Source: a bacterium
GTDB lineage: Bacteria > Electryoneota > Electryoneia > Electryoneales > Electryoneaceae
Direction of reading: 5' to 3'
DNA length: 64,000 bases
Assembly: GCA_963669175.1 (NCBI GenBank)
Contig: OY769902.1
Location: forward strand, 2,176,001 to 2,240,000
Positions 10,012 through 19,074 of this stretch are shown here, one piece after another. The number at the start of each line of letters is the position of its first letter. The stretch's first letter is position 1. The notes below the pieces were generated by a model that saw only the letters and a list, made by a program, of their open reading frames with translations, had not been told where the DNA came from and searched no databases. A program made the translations under genes and the position numbers.

Positions 10012-10936
10012 ACGAGAGCAGAAACAACATAAACGTCTGGCTGCGAGACTGAATATCCTGCTGATCGTTGTATTTGTCGCCGTATTACTGGAAGGAATAC
10101 TGGCAGGATTGACTGCGTGGCAAAAGTATTCTGGCGACAGGAACAATGAAGAACAGGTGTACAACTCGGAATCCTATTTCTACCTGGAAAACCCTCATGA
10201 GCAGATAGATTCATTCGCGACTTCTGATGAGCTGGTGAATGGTGAAGCGGCACAACTGGCGCAACTGGTTATTGTTATTGATGATTTCGGCTATTTCCTG
10301 ACAGAACCCGCAATTGATTTTATTGAGTTTCCCTGGCCGCTTACACTTGCTGTCATGCCGGGGCTACGGTTATCGGAAAAGATCGCGTCATTAGGGATCG
10401 AAAATGACAAAGAAGTGATCATCCATCTCCCCATGGAAGCGGTCACGCCGCGTCTGCACCAGGAACCGCTCATGATTACTTCGGACATGTCCCGGGAAAA
10501 GGTTGCGGAGATCATGGAAACCGCAATTCGAACCGTACCGGGAGCGCGCGGTTTGAACAATCACATCGGATCGCTTGCCACGCAAAACAGCGAGATCATG
10601 GATGAAGTCGTACGTCAATGTATCTTGCATCGTTTGCATATCCTTGATAGCATTACTCATCCGAAAACCGTATTTTACCGTGAGGCTGTCCGTGCGGGCG
10701 CACCGGCGGCACGAAGGGATGTCTTCCTTGATCATTATTCCGACCCGGAACGGATCAAGGAGGAATTGTACCGTGCGGTCAGGTTGTCGAGAAAACGGGG
10801 ACGGCCGGTGATAGCGATCGGGCATGTACGCGCCAACACGTTTGAGGTGCTGGATCGTGAAGCCCCGCTCCTTGTAGAACAGGGGGTATCCTTTTTACCC
10901 CTGTCAGCAGTGATGGAAGAAACGGAAACGCGATAA
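10001..10936 (+). CDS. Divergent polysaccharide deacetylase (YibQ/DUF610 family), membrane-anchored
   Basis: IVIDDFG, IHLPMEA, GLNNHIGS, RDVFLD and AIGH motifs. N-terminal TM helix. Confidence 0.9.
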   Translation: MISKREQKQHKRLAARLNILLIVVFVAVLLEGILAGLTAWQKYSGDRNNEEQVYNSESYFYLENPHEQIDSFATSDELVNGEAAQLAQLVIVIDDFGYFLTEPAIDFIEFPWPLTLAVMPGLRLSEKIASLGIENDKEVIIHLPMEAVTPRLHQEPLMITSDMSREKVAEIMETAIRTVPGARGLNNHIGSLATQNSEIMDEVVRQCILHRLHILDSITHPKTVFYREAVRAGAPAARRDVFLDHYSDPERIKEELYRAVRLSRKRGRPVIAIGHVRANTFEVLDREAPLLVEQGVSFLPLSAVMEETETR

Positions 10937-10948
10937 AGGGAGGTAACG

Positions 10949-11671
10949 ATGAGACTCGCGGTGCATACCTTGACGTTGAGTCGGTTACGTGAGTTGGGTG
11001 GTGGTTCTGCCCCGGATGTGGTGACTGGCGCTGCCGTACTGGATCTTGCCGGCGCTGACGGGATTGTAGCCCGACTGAGTAACCAGAAGCTCTCGACAGA
11101 TGAACGTGATATCAAGCTGCTCAGGGCGATGGTCAAAAGTTATCTCAGCGTGGAAGTGGAACCTCGTGAGGCGCCTCTTCGCCGGGCAATGGACCTGCAT
11201 CCGGACCAGGTAACCCTGATTCCGCCGGAAGACGCCATGCGTGAAGAAGGTGTGGATGTCGTCGGTACAGGCAGCGAACTGGAAGTTGTCGTCAACTCCC
11301 TGAAGGCTGCGGGCATGGATGTCAGCATCCTGGTCGCGCCGGACATCACCCAGATCAAGGAAGCCCGGAAGATCGGGGCGGACTTCATTACGTTGAACGC
11401 CGCCACCTATACCGGCGCTCAGACGGCCAACGAAGCCATGATGAATCTTGAAGAGATTGAGACGGTTGCCCTTGGCGCGACACGGCTCGGCTTGCGTGTG
11501 CTGGTAACTCGCGGGATCAACCATCGCAACATCGCCCCATTGGCGGCTATCGAGAGTATAGAAGAAGCCATCCTGGGCCACAGTTTTTACGCAAGAGCCG
11601 TACTGATTGGCATGGATCGCGCATTCCGTGAAGTGGTTGATGCACTGCATCGCGCTGGGATGCTCGGGTAA
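10949..11671 (+). CDS. PdxJ (pyridoxine 5'-phosphate synthase)-like protein with degenerate active site
   Basis: PdxJ length and scaffold (AGADGI, DERD, PDQVTLIP, GHS..ARA...G), but the NIDH, HLREDRRH and GHGL motifs are replaced. Confidence 0.8.
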   Translation: MRLAVHTLTLSRLRELGGGSAPDVVTGAAVLDLAGADGIVARLSNQKLSTDERDIKLLRAMVKSYLSVEVEPREAPLRRAMDLHPDQVTLIPPEDAMREEGVDVVGTGSELEVVVNSLKAAGMDVSILVAPDITQIKEARKIGADFITLNAATYTGAQTANEAMMNLEEIETVALGATRLGLRVLVTRGINHRNIAPLAAIESIEEAILGHSFYARAVLIGMDRAFREVVDALHRAGMLG

Positions 11672-11793
11672 GCTGGGAACTGAGCAGCAGCGAATCGAGT
11701 GAATGTTGGAGGGAGTCGGCCGTACGTGAAGTAATTACGGGGGATCGGTGCGACGACCTCCGGCACTCTGATGATACGGGAGAGTACACGGGT

Positions 11794-12951
11794 ATGCGTT
11801 TCGGTTGGATGGTATCGCTCATTCTCTTGGTTATTTTTTTATTCGGATGCCAGGGCGAACAGGGACCGGCCGGGGTTTCCGGTGAATATGTGGATCATGT
11901 CTCCCCTGAAATAGAAATCTCCTCGCCTACGCCGGACAGTATCCTGGTTACAGATGAGATCACGTTTAACCTCGATGTCACGGATTCTCTCGGTGAAATT
12001 GAATACATCACCATGTATGTCAACGGTTCCAACCGCATCGGAGATGACAGCCTGGTAAGCTACTTCCCGCCCTACCAGATTTTCGTCGATTTTGTTGCCC
12101 TGGACATGCCCTATGGAATGTTTAATGTCACTGCTAAAGCTGTCGATACTTCCGGTAATTCCCAGACTACACCTCTGATGTTTTATACACGAAAGAACCT
12201 GGTTGGATTGGATACTCTTTCCTATTTCAATTTTGCATCCATATACGCTGCTGGTTTTCAATTGCCTTATTGCGAAATCGATTCTGCAAGCGGGGATACG
12301 ATGCTTGCTGCCAACTACACAGGTGTTCGCTTCCAGGTTCCATACCGGTGTGAACTGGTCGCTGTGGAGTTGTTCTTCTCTGATCCCGGTAGTTTCCCTG
12401 ACATGTCCGGATCGACAATTACCGGTCCTTCAAATTTCCAGGTTTCCATGTTCCATCCGGATGATCAGGGTCTGCCCGGTGTCGGGATTGATTCAATGGT
12501 ATATGCAGCCAGTAATGTGATGATTGAGGATTGGACATATGCCGACCTGTCTTCATTTGATGATGGCAATCCTTACCAGGCAGATGAACTGGAAGAGGTG
12601 ATCCTGCTGGTGAGATCCACCGAAGTCTGGCAGGAGGACATGACCAGGGCGCTCATTTTTACCACGAAAGTCGATTCAAATTATACCGGGGCTATTGATG
12701 AATACACACACCGATCACTGGACAATGAAACGGGAATAGAAGGTCGTGGATGGGGAACAATGTTGAACCACGCACCGGAATATTTCGAGATTGTAGGTGA
12801 AGTTGACAAGCAGGATTGGATGATTCGGCTGATCATTGATTACGGTGATGGTGAAGAAGTCGCGCTGTATCCTGATGGTCTGCAGGAGGTTGTCAAGCGG
12901 GGACAGAATAGAGCAGTATCAAACACGATGAAGAAAAAACTGATGCGATAG
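11794..12951 (+). CDS. Ig-like domain lipoprotein, paralog 1 of 5
   Basis: LFGC lipobox, short G-x-y repeat, AKAVDTSGN, RGWGT, DYGDG. Confidence 0.8.
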   Translation: MRFGWMVSLILLVIFLFGCQGEQGPAGVSGEYVDHVSPEIEISSPTPDSILVTDEITFNLDVTDSLGEIEYITMYVNGSNRIGDDSLVSYFPPYQIFVDFVALDMPYGMFNVTAKAVDTSGNSQTTPLMFYTRKNLVGLDTLSYFNFASIYAAGFQLPYCEIDSASGDTMLAANYTGVRFQVPYRCELVAVELFFSDPGSFPDMSGSTITGPSNFQVSMFHPDDQGLPGVGIDSMVYAASNVMIEDWTYADLSSFDDGNPYQADELEEVILLVRSTEVWQEDMTRALIFTTKVDSNYTGAIDEYTHRSLDNETGIEGRGWGTMLNHAPEYFEIVGEVDKQDWMIRLIIDYGDGEEVALYPDGLQEVVKRGQNRAVSNTMKKKLMR

Positions 12952-12977
12952 ATCTGAAAGCTTCTTTGGGGGAAAAC

Positions 12978-14120
12978 ATGAAGTCAAGGATGGCTATAGT
13001 CAGCCTTGTTGTTTTGGTGTTGTTCCTGCTGACTGCGTGTGAAGAGGATTCTATTGAAGTTGAGCCAACATGGGTATCGCCGGTAAGGCTGACCTGGCCG
13101 CCTGCGGACACAACGCTTACGTCTGATGCGCTGTATTTCATGGCAGAGGCGAACGATACCATGGCTGTGGTGGTTTATACGGATCTCCATATTGAAGCGA
13201 CAGGATCAGATTGGGAGTATTCTGTTGCCGACAGTTCGACGCCCTATTACTGGGTTTTCAATTTCCGGGAACAGGGGAACGGCTACGATACATATCGTGT
13301 CTATGCAACATCATTGAATGAATATGGCAACCAGGGCATCTCGGATACAATCCTGGTTTGCTTCCAGCAGCCGACTGGCGCAGATTCGTTAAATGATCAT
13401 GGGCATGCCGGTGTTGTTCAAGAGTACGGGCATGTATTTCCTCAATTAGTGGATGGGGTTTCCTATAAAGCTTGTGCGCAGCAGTTTGTCGCGCATGAGG
13501 CCTGTACGATTCAGGCGATAGAGCTCTGGTTCGATGACCCGCAAGGATATAGTGCGGAATATTTCCAATTGATTGAAAATCCGGCATCTTTCCAGTTGTC
13601 CTATTATACGATTGATTCGGAAGGCTATCCTGATACGGGGTTGGATTCTGTCTACGTTCATCAGGACAGCATCGTGGTGGAGCAGTGGAATCGGATTACA
13701 GCAGGTCAGTGGTTCTCGAGCCCCGAACTTGCCCACATGGATGCCGACGAAGAGTTTGTCGCTGTTGTCCATGCTGAAGGCGCGTGTGTGGAACAGCCTC
13801 AGGAAGCTCTGATTGTCAGTATAACTGAACTGCTTGGCGCAGATGCGGATAAGACCGAATATGCGCCCCGATCCCTTGATAATGCCGAGTCATCCACGGG
13901 AGTAAATGGCTGGGCCACCTTGCAGGAACGGTATCAGGTTCAGGCTTTTTATAAAATTCGCCTGATGGTGGAATACGAAGATGGATCGCTGGCGTATGTG
14001 TACCCTGGCGGGAAAGCGCAGGAGGATGTGATCAACCGGGCTGCTGTAACCGCGCAGACGGGTGAGACGTCAGTACGCAAAAGCATACGTCAACACATGA
14101 GTTCGAACAGAACAGAGTAA
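12978..14120 (+). CDS. Ig-like domain lipoprotein, paralog 2 of 5
   Basis: LTAC lipobox. RSLDN, NGWAT and EYEDG motifs shared with paralog 1. Confidence 0.8.
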   Translation: MKSRMAIVSLVVLVLFLLTACEEDSIEVEPTWVSPVRLTWPPADTTLTSDALYFMAEANDTMAVVVYTDLHIEATGSDWEYSVADSSTPYYWVFNFREQGNGYDTYRVYATSLNEYGNQGISDTILVCFQQPTGADSLNDHGHAGVVQEYGHVFPQLVDGVSYKACAQQFVAHEACTIQAIELWFDDPQGYSAEYFQLIENPASFQLSYYTIDSEGYPDTGLDSVYVHQDSIVVEQWNRITAGQWFSSPELAHMDADEEFVAVVHAEGACVEQPQEALIVSITELLGADADKTEYAPRSLDNAESSTGVNGWATLQERYQVQAFYKIRLMVEYEDGSLAYVYPGGKAQEDVINRAAVTAQTGETSVRKSIRQHMSSNRTE

Positions 14121-14130
14121 GAAGCTATCT

Positions 14131-15204
14131 ATGGTAAGGACAATTTTCTACAGCCTGGTGTTTCTGCTGGCGCCGGTTCTTCTGCTGGTCGGTTGCGAGG
14201 GGCCACAGGGACCGCGTGGTGTCGGGGCGGATGATATCGACCTCGAACCGCCCAGCATTACTCTGATTCGTCCGACGGCCAACGAGACGGTTGTCGGCGA
14301 CACCTTCACCGTCGAGGCGCGTGCCACGGACAATCACTCGATCCGCCGTGTTGAGTTTTATGTGGACGGCACTATGAATCTTGGCGGAGACAGCATCGCC
14401 GTGGATAGTTTCGGGAGCAGTTCCTATCGTTACTCGGTAAAATTCTCCCTTCCCGGCGCCGGGTTATCGCATGGCAATCATTACCTGGTAGCGCGTGCGG
14501 TTGATTTTGGTCTGAATTATACCGATACGCCGGTAATACCGTTTGCCTCGGAAGTATTCCAATACCAGCAGGAACTGAAACAGGATTATGATAATGGCCT
14601 GGCGGATGGGATCATGTTCCTGCCGGATTCTTATGGTGACAAGTATTATAATGTCAGGTTTGATCCGGTTCTGCCATGCCAGCTTCTAGAAGTAAAAATG
14701 GCTTTCATGGATCCCACTACGGTTTCAGCTACTGAAAACGGTGGGTGTGATATAGACCTGTTTGTCTGGAATACAACCAGCCCGTTTACGGGTAAATATG
14801 TTCCGGGCGACAGCGTTCTTCAGAAAACAATATCTTTTGGAGATATCATTCTTGAAGGCTGGTCAACATTTGATCTGCGGGATGAAGCTGTCCATCTGGA
14901 TTCAACTTTCCATGTTGGCTGGAGTCCACCGGATGATCAATACCAGGCGATTAGAGCTGCTGGCCGGGGAATGGTAATAATGACATCTGCTGATTCCGTG
15001 TCAACCACCAATCCTTATCTCAACCGGTCCGGTGAATGGGAGCCTGAAAGAGGGTGGGGCACGATGGCCGAGCATTATGGCCAATGGCGTGTGCTCAGAA
15101 TCCGTGCGGTTGTGCTCTATGACGGTGGTTCTACTGCGACGCTTGAACCCGCGCCGATACTACTTCACGAAGGTATTGTTTCGGAAGCGAAAACAAATGA
15201 ATGA
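14131..15204 (+). CDS. Ig-like domain lipoprotein, paralog 3 of 5
   Basis: LVGC-EGPQGPRG, ARATDN..I..VEFYVDG, YYNVRFDP, RGWGT. Confidence 0.85.
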   Translation: MVRTIFYSLVFLLAPVLLLVGCEGPQGPRGVGADDIDLEPPSITLIRPTANETVVGDTFTVEARATDNHSIRRVEFYVDGTMNLGGDSIAVDSFGSSSYRYSVKFSLPGAGLSHGNHYLVARAVDFGLNYTDTPVIPFASEVFQYQQELKQDYDNGLADGIMFLPDSYGDKYYNVRFDPVLPCQLLEVKMAFMDPTTVSATENGGCDIDLFVWNTTSPFTGKYVPGDSVLQKTISFGDIILEGWSTFDLRDEAVHLDSTFHVGWSPPDDQYQAIRAAGRGMVIMTSADSVSTTNPYLNRSGEWEPERGWGTMAEHYGQWRVLRIRAVVLYDGGSTATLEPAPILLHEGIVSEAKTNE

Positions 15205-15241
15205 TCAGGAATACACTTCATTCAGCAAGGCTGAGGTAAAA

Positions 15242-16294
15242 GTGAGAACGACTATTCTGCTGACAGGATTGATTGTTATTCTGCTGATCGTTGCCGGTTG
15301 TGAAGGACCAGAAGGGCCGGAGGGGATTGGCCTGGACCAGGATTTGATTCCCCCGGAAATCACTCTGATCACCCCTGCGCCCGGTGATACAATAAAAACG
15401 CCAACGGTCTGGTTTGAGGCGATTGCCACGGATAATGACAGTGTAAAATCTGTGGAGTTTTTCCTGGATGGTTCCAGTGATCTGGGGCAGGATTCATCAG
15501 CGATTGTTAAAGTACCGGAAGCGGATTCCATAACTTTCCGTTTCCCCTGGATTATGGATCCCGATACCTGGGCGGTTGGGCAACATGTATTGTGTGCGGA
15601 AGCGGTTGACCTCAATGAAAACTATAAAATGACGCCGCCCATGCCGGTGTACTACCTTCCGCTGTACGGGGAAAGGGTACTGGCGTATCATCTTGATGGC
15701 GAGTACTCGGAACCGTTGGCGGTTGCACTACCTGATGGATATGGCGACAGGTACTACAACGTACGATTTTCGCCGCATCGTGAGTGTGAACTGAAAGAAG
15801 TTCAGTTCCGATTCGAGCAATACGATGAGGTTGGAATTGATATTTTTGTGTATACCTGGGAATCGGATGACCGGTTGCCGGGAACCTGTATTGACAGTTT
15901 CCTGGTGCAGCAAGACAACCTGAATTATACTGGATGGACCGTACTCGACATGTCGGACAGGGGCTTGCCGCTGTTCTCGGATGATTTCCATGTTGGCTGG
16001 AGCCCGGATCCTTCCCAGTATGACCAGTACCTGGCGGATGAACGTGGTCTTTCCATTTATGCGGCAGTGTGTGATACAGCGTTATATCGTGATCCCCTGG
16101 ATAATCATTCCAGCGAGTATGAAGCATCGGACCGGGGATGGGGTACACTGCAGGACCATTGGCTGAGAAAACTGGATCTGTATATACAGGCTGTGGTCGA
16201 TTATGGCGATGGCGAAGAAACCCTGCTTATACCAGGGCCTGAAATGATTATATCCGAAAAGTCCGCATTGCCAAAGGAGCTACATAAACGATAG
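15242..16294 (+). CDS. Ig-like domain lipoprotein, paralog 4 of 5 (alternative start ATG 15197)
   Basis: GAGG RBS before GTG 15242. VAGC-EGPEGPEG, AIATDND..VEFFLDG, YYNVRFSP, RGWGT, VDYGDG. Confidence 0.85.
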   Translation: MRTTILLTGLIVILLIVAGCEGPEGPEGIGLDQDLIPPEITLITPAPGDTIKTPTVWFEAIATDNDSVKSVEFFLDGSSDLGQDSSAIVKVPEADSITFRFPWIMDPDTWAVGQHVLCAEAVDLNENYKMTPPMPVYYLPLYGERVLAYHLDGEYSEPLAVALPDGYGDRYYNVRFSPHRECELKEVQFRFEQYDEVGIDIFVYTWESDDRLPGTCIDSFLVQQDNLNYTGWTVLDMSDRGLPLFSDDFHVGWSPDPSQYDQYLADERGLSIYAAVCDTALYRDPLDNHSSEYEASDRGWGTLQDHWLRKLDLYIQAVVDYGDGEETLLIPGPEMIISEKSALPKELHKR

Positions 16295-16341
16295 CCTTGT
16301 TCAATGAGTACACGTAACAAAAGAAACGCTTCGAGGTCGTT

Positions 16342-17421
16342 TTGAAGAGATCACTTGTCCCTGTTATGCTTATGCTTTCCCTGGCAATCGCCCTGCTGGT
16401 TGGGTGTACCGGGAAAGACGGGCCTGCCGGTAAGGACGCGGTCGGGGTTGATGCGCAGAGCCCACATTTGTCGATTACATATCCCACGGCGGGAGATACG
16501 CTGACCGATACGTTGCTGGTTCGAGTGGATGCCATTGATAATGTCGGGATCGCACGGATTGCCTTTTTCCTGGACGGTAGCGATGTGTTGCACGATACCG
16601 TGATGACCTGGGTTGAAGAGCCGCCGTATCAGTATGAATACATGCTGCCGGAAATCGGTATCCGGTCCGGGGCGCATACCCTTGCAGCGCGTGCTTATGA
16701 TCTTGCCGGAAATACCGAGACAACGCCTTCCATGGTGCTCTATTACCTGCCTGCTGATACCGGGACTGTTTACATGCGCAACTTTGATCCCCGTACGACA
16801 GACCTGGGGCAGCATGCGATGGTGCATCATACCGTACAGGGTGATACGCTGACGATCACAACGGTTGATTCTTTTGCTGTTCGGTTTGAGCCGTCGGCTT
16901 CCTGTTTCTTGACCGGGATTCGTGTGTATACGGATTCGATTCCAAGTGATACGAATTATATCGGCAACGAAAACTGGGGCAGTGGGCTGGTATGCAGGGT
17001 GGCTTATTCGGATGGGGCGTATCCGCTGGGAATCGCTGCCAATGGCCCCTTTACCGCGCTGCAACCGGATACGTCGGCCGATTATTACGGTTGGCAGAGC
17101 GCTAGCTTCGGTGGGAGTTCGGTAGACCTGGATACGGTAACTGTATTCCACATTGTATTTGCTGTCTATAATTCGAATGAAAACACGTATATGGCGATCC
17201 GAACCGAGGAAAAGGAAGCATACGACGGATTGCCCTATTTGCTCCCACTGCACAACTATACGCACGTATATAACCGTGAAGAAGGGCAATGGGAGCCGTA
17301 TCAGACATACTATGGAACGGGATCTTATGAATTCTGGGTGGAAGCCATTGTAGATTACGGCGATGGCCAGACTGCCGTCCTGAGTTCACATGTCGGATCG
17401 CAGAAAAACGTAAGGGAATAA
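16342..17421 (+). CDS. Ig-like domain lipoprotein, paralog 5 of 5
   Basis: GAGG RBS and TTG start. LVGC-TGKDGPAG, ARAYDLAGN, VRFEP..SC, VDYGDG. Confidence 0.85.
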   Translation: MKRSLVPVMLMLSLAIALLVGCTGKDGPAGKDAVGVDAQSPHLSITYPTAGDTLTDTLLVRVDAIDNVGIARIAFFLDGSDVLHDTVMTWVEEPPYQYEYMLPEIGIRSGAHTLAARAYDLAGNTETTPSMVLYYLPADTGTVYMRNFDPRTTDLGQHAMVHHTVQGDTLTITTVDSFAVRFEPSASCFLTGIRVYTDSIPSDTNYIGNENWGSGLVCRVAYSDGAYPLGIAANGPFTALQPDTSADYYGWQSASFGGSSVDLDTVTVFHIVFAVYNSNENTYMAIRTEEKEAYDGLPYLLPLHNYTHVYNREEGQWEPYQTYYGTGSYEFWVEAIVDYGDGQTAVLSSHVGSQKNVRE

Positions 17422-17454
17422 CAGAAGTCCGCTCATTTTACCTGGAGACTGGGT

Positions 17455-18051
17455 ATGCCCGTACCGGACGATCCCCTGTTGGAACGTAAGCTGGGAGCGA
17501 TTGAAGCCCTGTTGTTCGCTTCTGATGAACCGTTGAACGCCGATATCCTGGCGCGTTCCATAGAGGCTGTGCTTGAAGTTGAAGTCGATGGGTTGATCGA
17601 AATCCTCCGGCAGAAATACGAGGATCACGGGCATGGTATTACCATTCAACGGGTGGCCGGTGGCTGGCGATTGGCGACCTCGTCCGATTACGCTGATATT
17701 GTGAAAATGCACTTTCGCGGACGTCTGAAGAGCCGCTTGAGCAAAGCCTCGCTTGAAGCTGTTTCCATTATTGCCTACCGTCAACCGATCAGCCGTGCGG
17801 AAATTGAGCTGATCCGTGGTGTCGATTCCGCACCCGTGTTGCGTAACCTGCTGGAACGTAATTTGATCAAAGTAGCGGGACGAGCTGAAGCGCCAGGACG
17901 TCCCCTGCTGTACGCTACCACTGATGATTTCCTGACCTATTTCGGGCTCGATTCCATCCGCTCACTCCCGAAGCCGGAAGAGATTCTGGGGGACTTGGAA
18001 GAGAACCAGCCACCTGATCGAGAAGGGCCGTTCCAGAGGGTCTCGGATTGA
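17455..18051 (+). CDS. scpB: SMC-Scp complex subunit ScpB
   Basis: IEALLF, LEAVSIIAYRQPISRAEIELIRGV, GRPLLYATT..FL..FGL. Confidence 0.97.
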   Translation: MPVPDDPLLERKLGAIEALLFASDEPLNADILARSIEAVLEVEVDGLIEILRQKYEDHGHGITIQRVAGGWRLATSSDYADIVKMHFRGRLKSRLSKASLEAVSIIAYRQPISRAEIELIRGVDSAPVLRNLLERNLIKVAGRAEAPGRPLLYATTDDFLTYFGLDSIRSLPKPEEILGDLEENQPPDREGPFQRVSD

Positions 18052-18096
18052 TATAGCCGTTCTCGATTCTATTCCGTCAAAATGGAGATCGCCGGG

Positions 18097-18283
18097 AAAA
18101 GGGGACGGGATCCTTTTCCTCGCGCTTATGCAGAATATTTCTGAAGTATTCCTGGAAAAGGAAACTGTCCCCTTTTCCGTGTGATTCCTGCCTGCTCGCA
18201 AGAAAAAGGGTACAGCCACCTTTCCCGAGCCATTTGCACAGCGGGACGACTTGATCCCTGGAAAAGGAAACTGTCCCCTTTTT
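18097..18283. repeat. Cluster of AAAAGG..CTGTCCCCTTTT REP-like palindromes
   Basis: ggaaaaggaaactgtccccttt at about 18154 and 18260, variants at 18097 and 18204. Related words near 20905, 45288 and 45745. Confidence 0.6.
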
Positions 18284-18435
18284 CCATATGCTTCTTCCAA
18301 TCACCCATGAATCGTACGTCGGATACTATCATGACGACGTATTTTCAAGAGCAGCTATATCACGATTCCTTCCCGACAGCGCGAAGTTGTGCCATTCCAG
18401 AGTTGTTAAGAACATAAACAAAACCCAACTACCAT

Positions 18436-18476
18436 GTCATCCCGGAAACGCTGCTGTATAGCGTTGTCCGGGATCT
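18436..18476. repeat. GTCATCCC...GGGATCT REP-like palindrome
   Basis: gtcatcccgga-aacgct..agcgtt-gtccgggatct. Confidence 0.65.
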
Positions 18477-18670
18477 ACTCCCCCGGAACCCTCGCTACTG
18501 TCAACGTAATGAACCGAGTCGGGTGGCCCGATGTCGCGAGTGATTAATTCGGACTTTCTGATGTGGCCAGCTATATAAACCATACTTCACCCTTACGACG
18601 CAATTTCGAAGCGACTCGGGATTTCTATCATGTTGCCACTCCTGCTCAGGCCAGCCAAAGGAAGAAAGCA

Positions 18671-18825
18671 GAAGGACTTTTTTCTCTGAAGTAGAATAGA
18701 CCACCGCCGGGCAGCCGCCTTCGCAAGCTACGGCGTGCTTCAAGCCGGCGGGGCCAAGGCAATTCCACTTGTTTCAAGCCGGCGGGTCACAAACACGATA
18801 CCCGACAGCAAGCAGTCGGGCCAAG
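18671..18825 (+). repeat. Dispersed repeat of about 155-180 bp, copy 1
   Basis: ccgccgggcagccgccttcgcaagctacggcgtgcttcaagccggcggggccaa is nearly identical to 22028-22081. Flanking words are also shared. Confidence 0.8.
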
Positions 18826-18941
18826 CCAGTAGATGTAGTAAATAAGTTAAGGGATTCCCTGAGGCAGGTCATGTGATTCCAATACGGCGGGCATTCTTGA
18901 AACCTGCTTATCTGCGCTGAGTTTTCGTCTTGTCGTCCTTT

Positions 18942-18959
18942 TCGTGAAACCCTTCACAA
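18942..18959. promoter_or_regulatory. Rex/CRP-like operator TCGTGAA-ACCC-TTCACAA
   Basis: Matches TTGTGAA-N4-TTCACAA at 13 of 14 fixed positions. Lies upstream of the gene at 19075. Confidence 0.7.
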
Positions 18960-18976
18960 GGTAGAAACTCCTGAGA

Positions 18977-19005
18977 TTGAAAATCACTTGCTTCTGTCGT
19001 ACCTT
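18977..19005 (+). promoter_or_regulatory. Predicted sigma70 promoter
   Basis: TTGAAA-N17-TACCTT. Confidence 0.5.
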
Positions 19006-19074
19006 GCCTTTCTTGGACCGGAATACCGGTTCCCGTACGCAAACAAAACGAACAGCATAGAGTAAGGGGGCGTA

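Noticed and set aside
15032-15241. N-terminal extension of the 420-aa ORF
   Set aside because: It overlaps paralog 3. The signal peptide and RBS fit GTG 15242 (or ATG 15197).
18077-18743. Small ORFs after scpB with KGTVSF/KGDSFLF words
   Set aside because: They are translations of the CTGTCCCCTTTT palindromic repeats.
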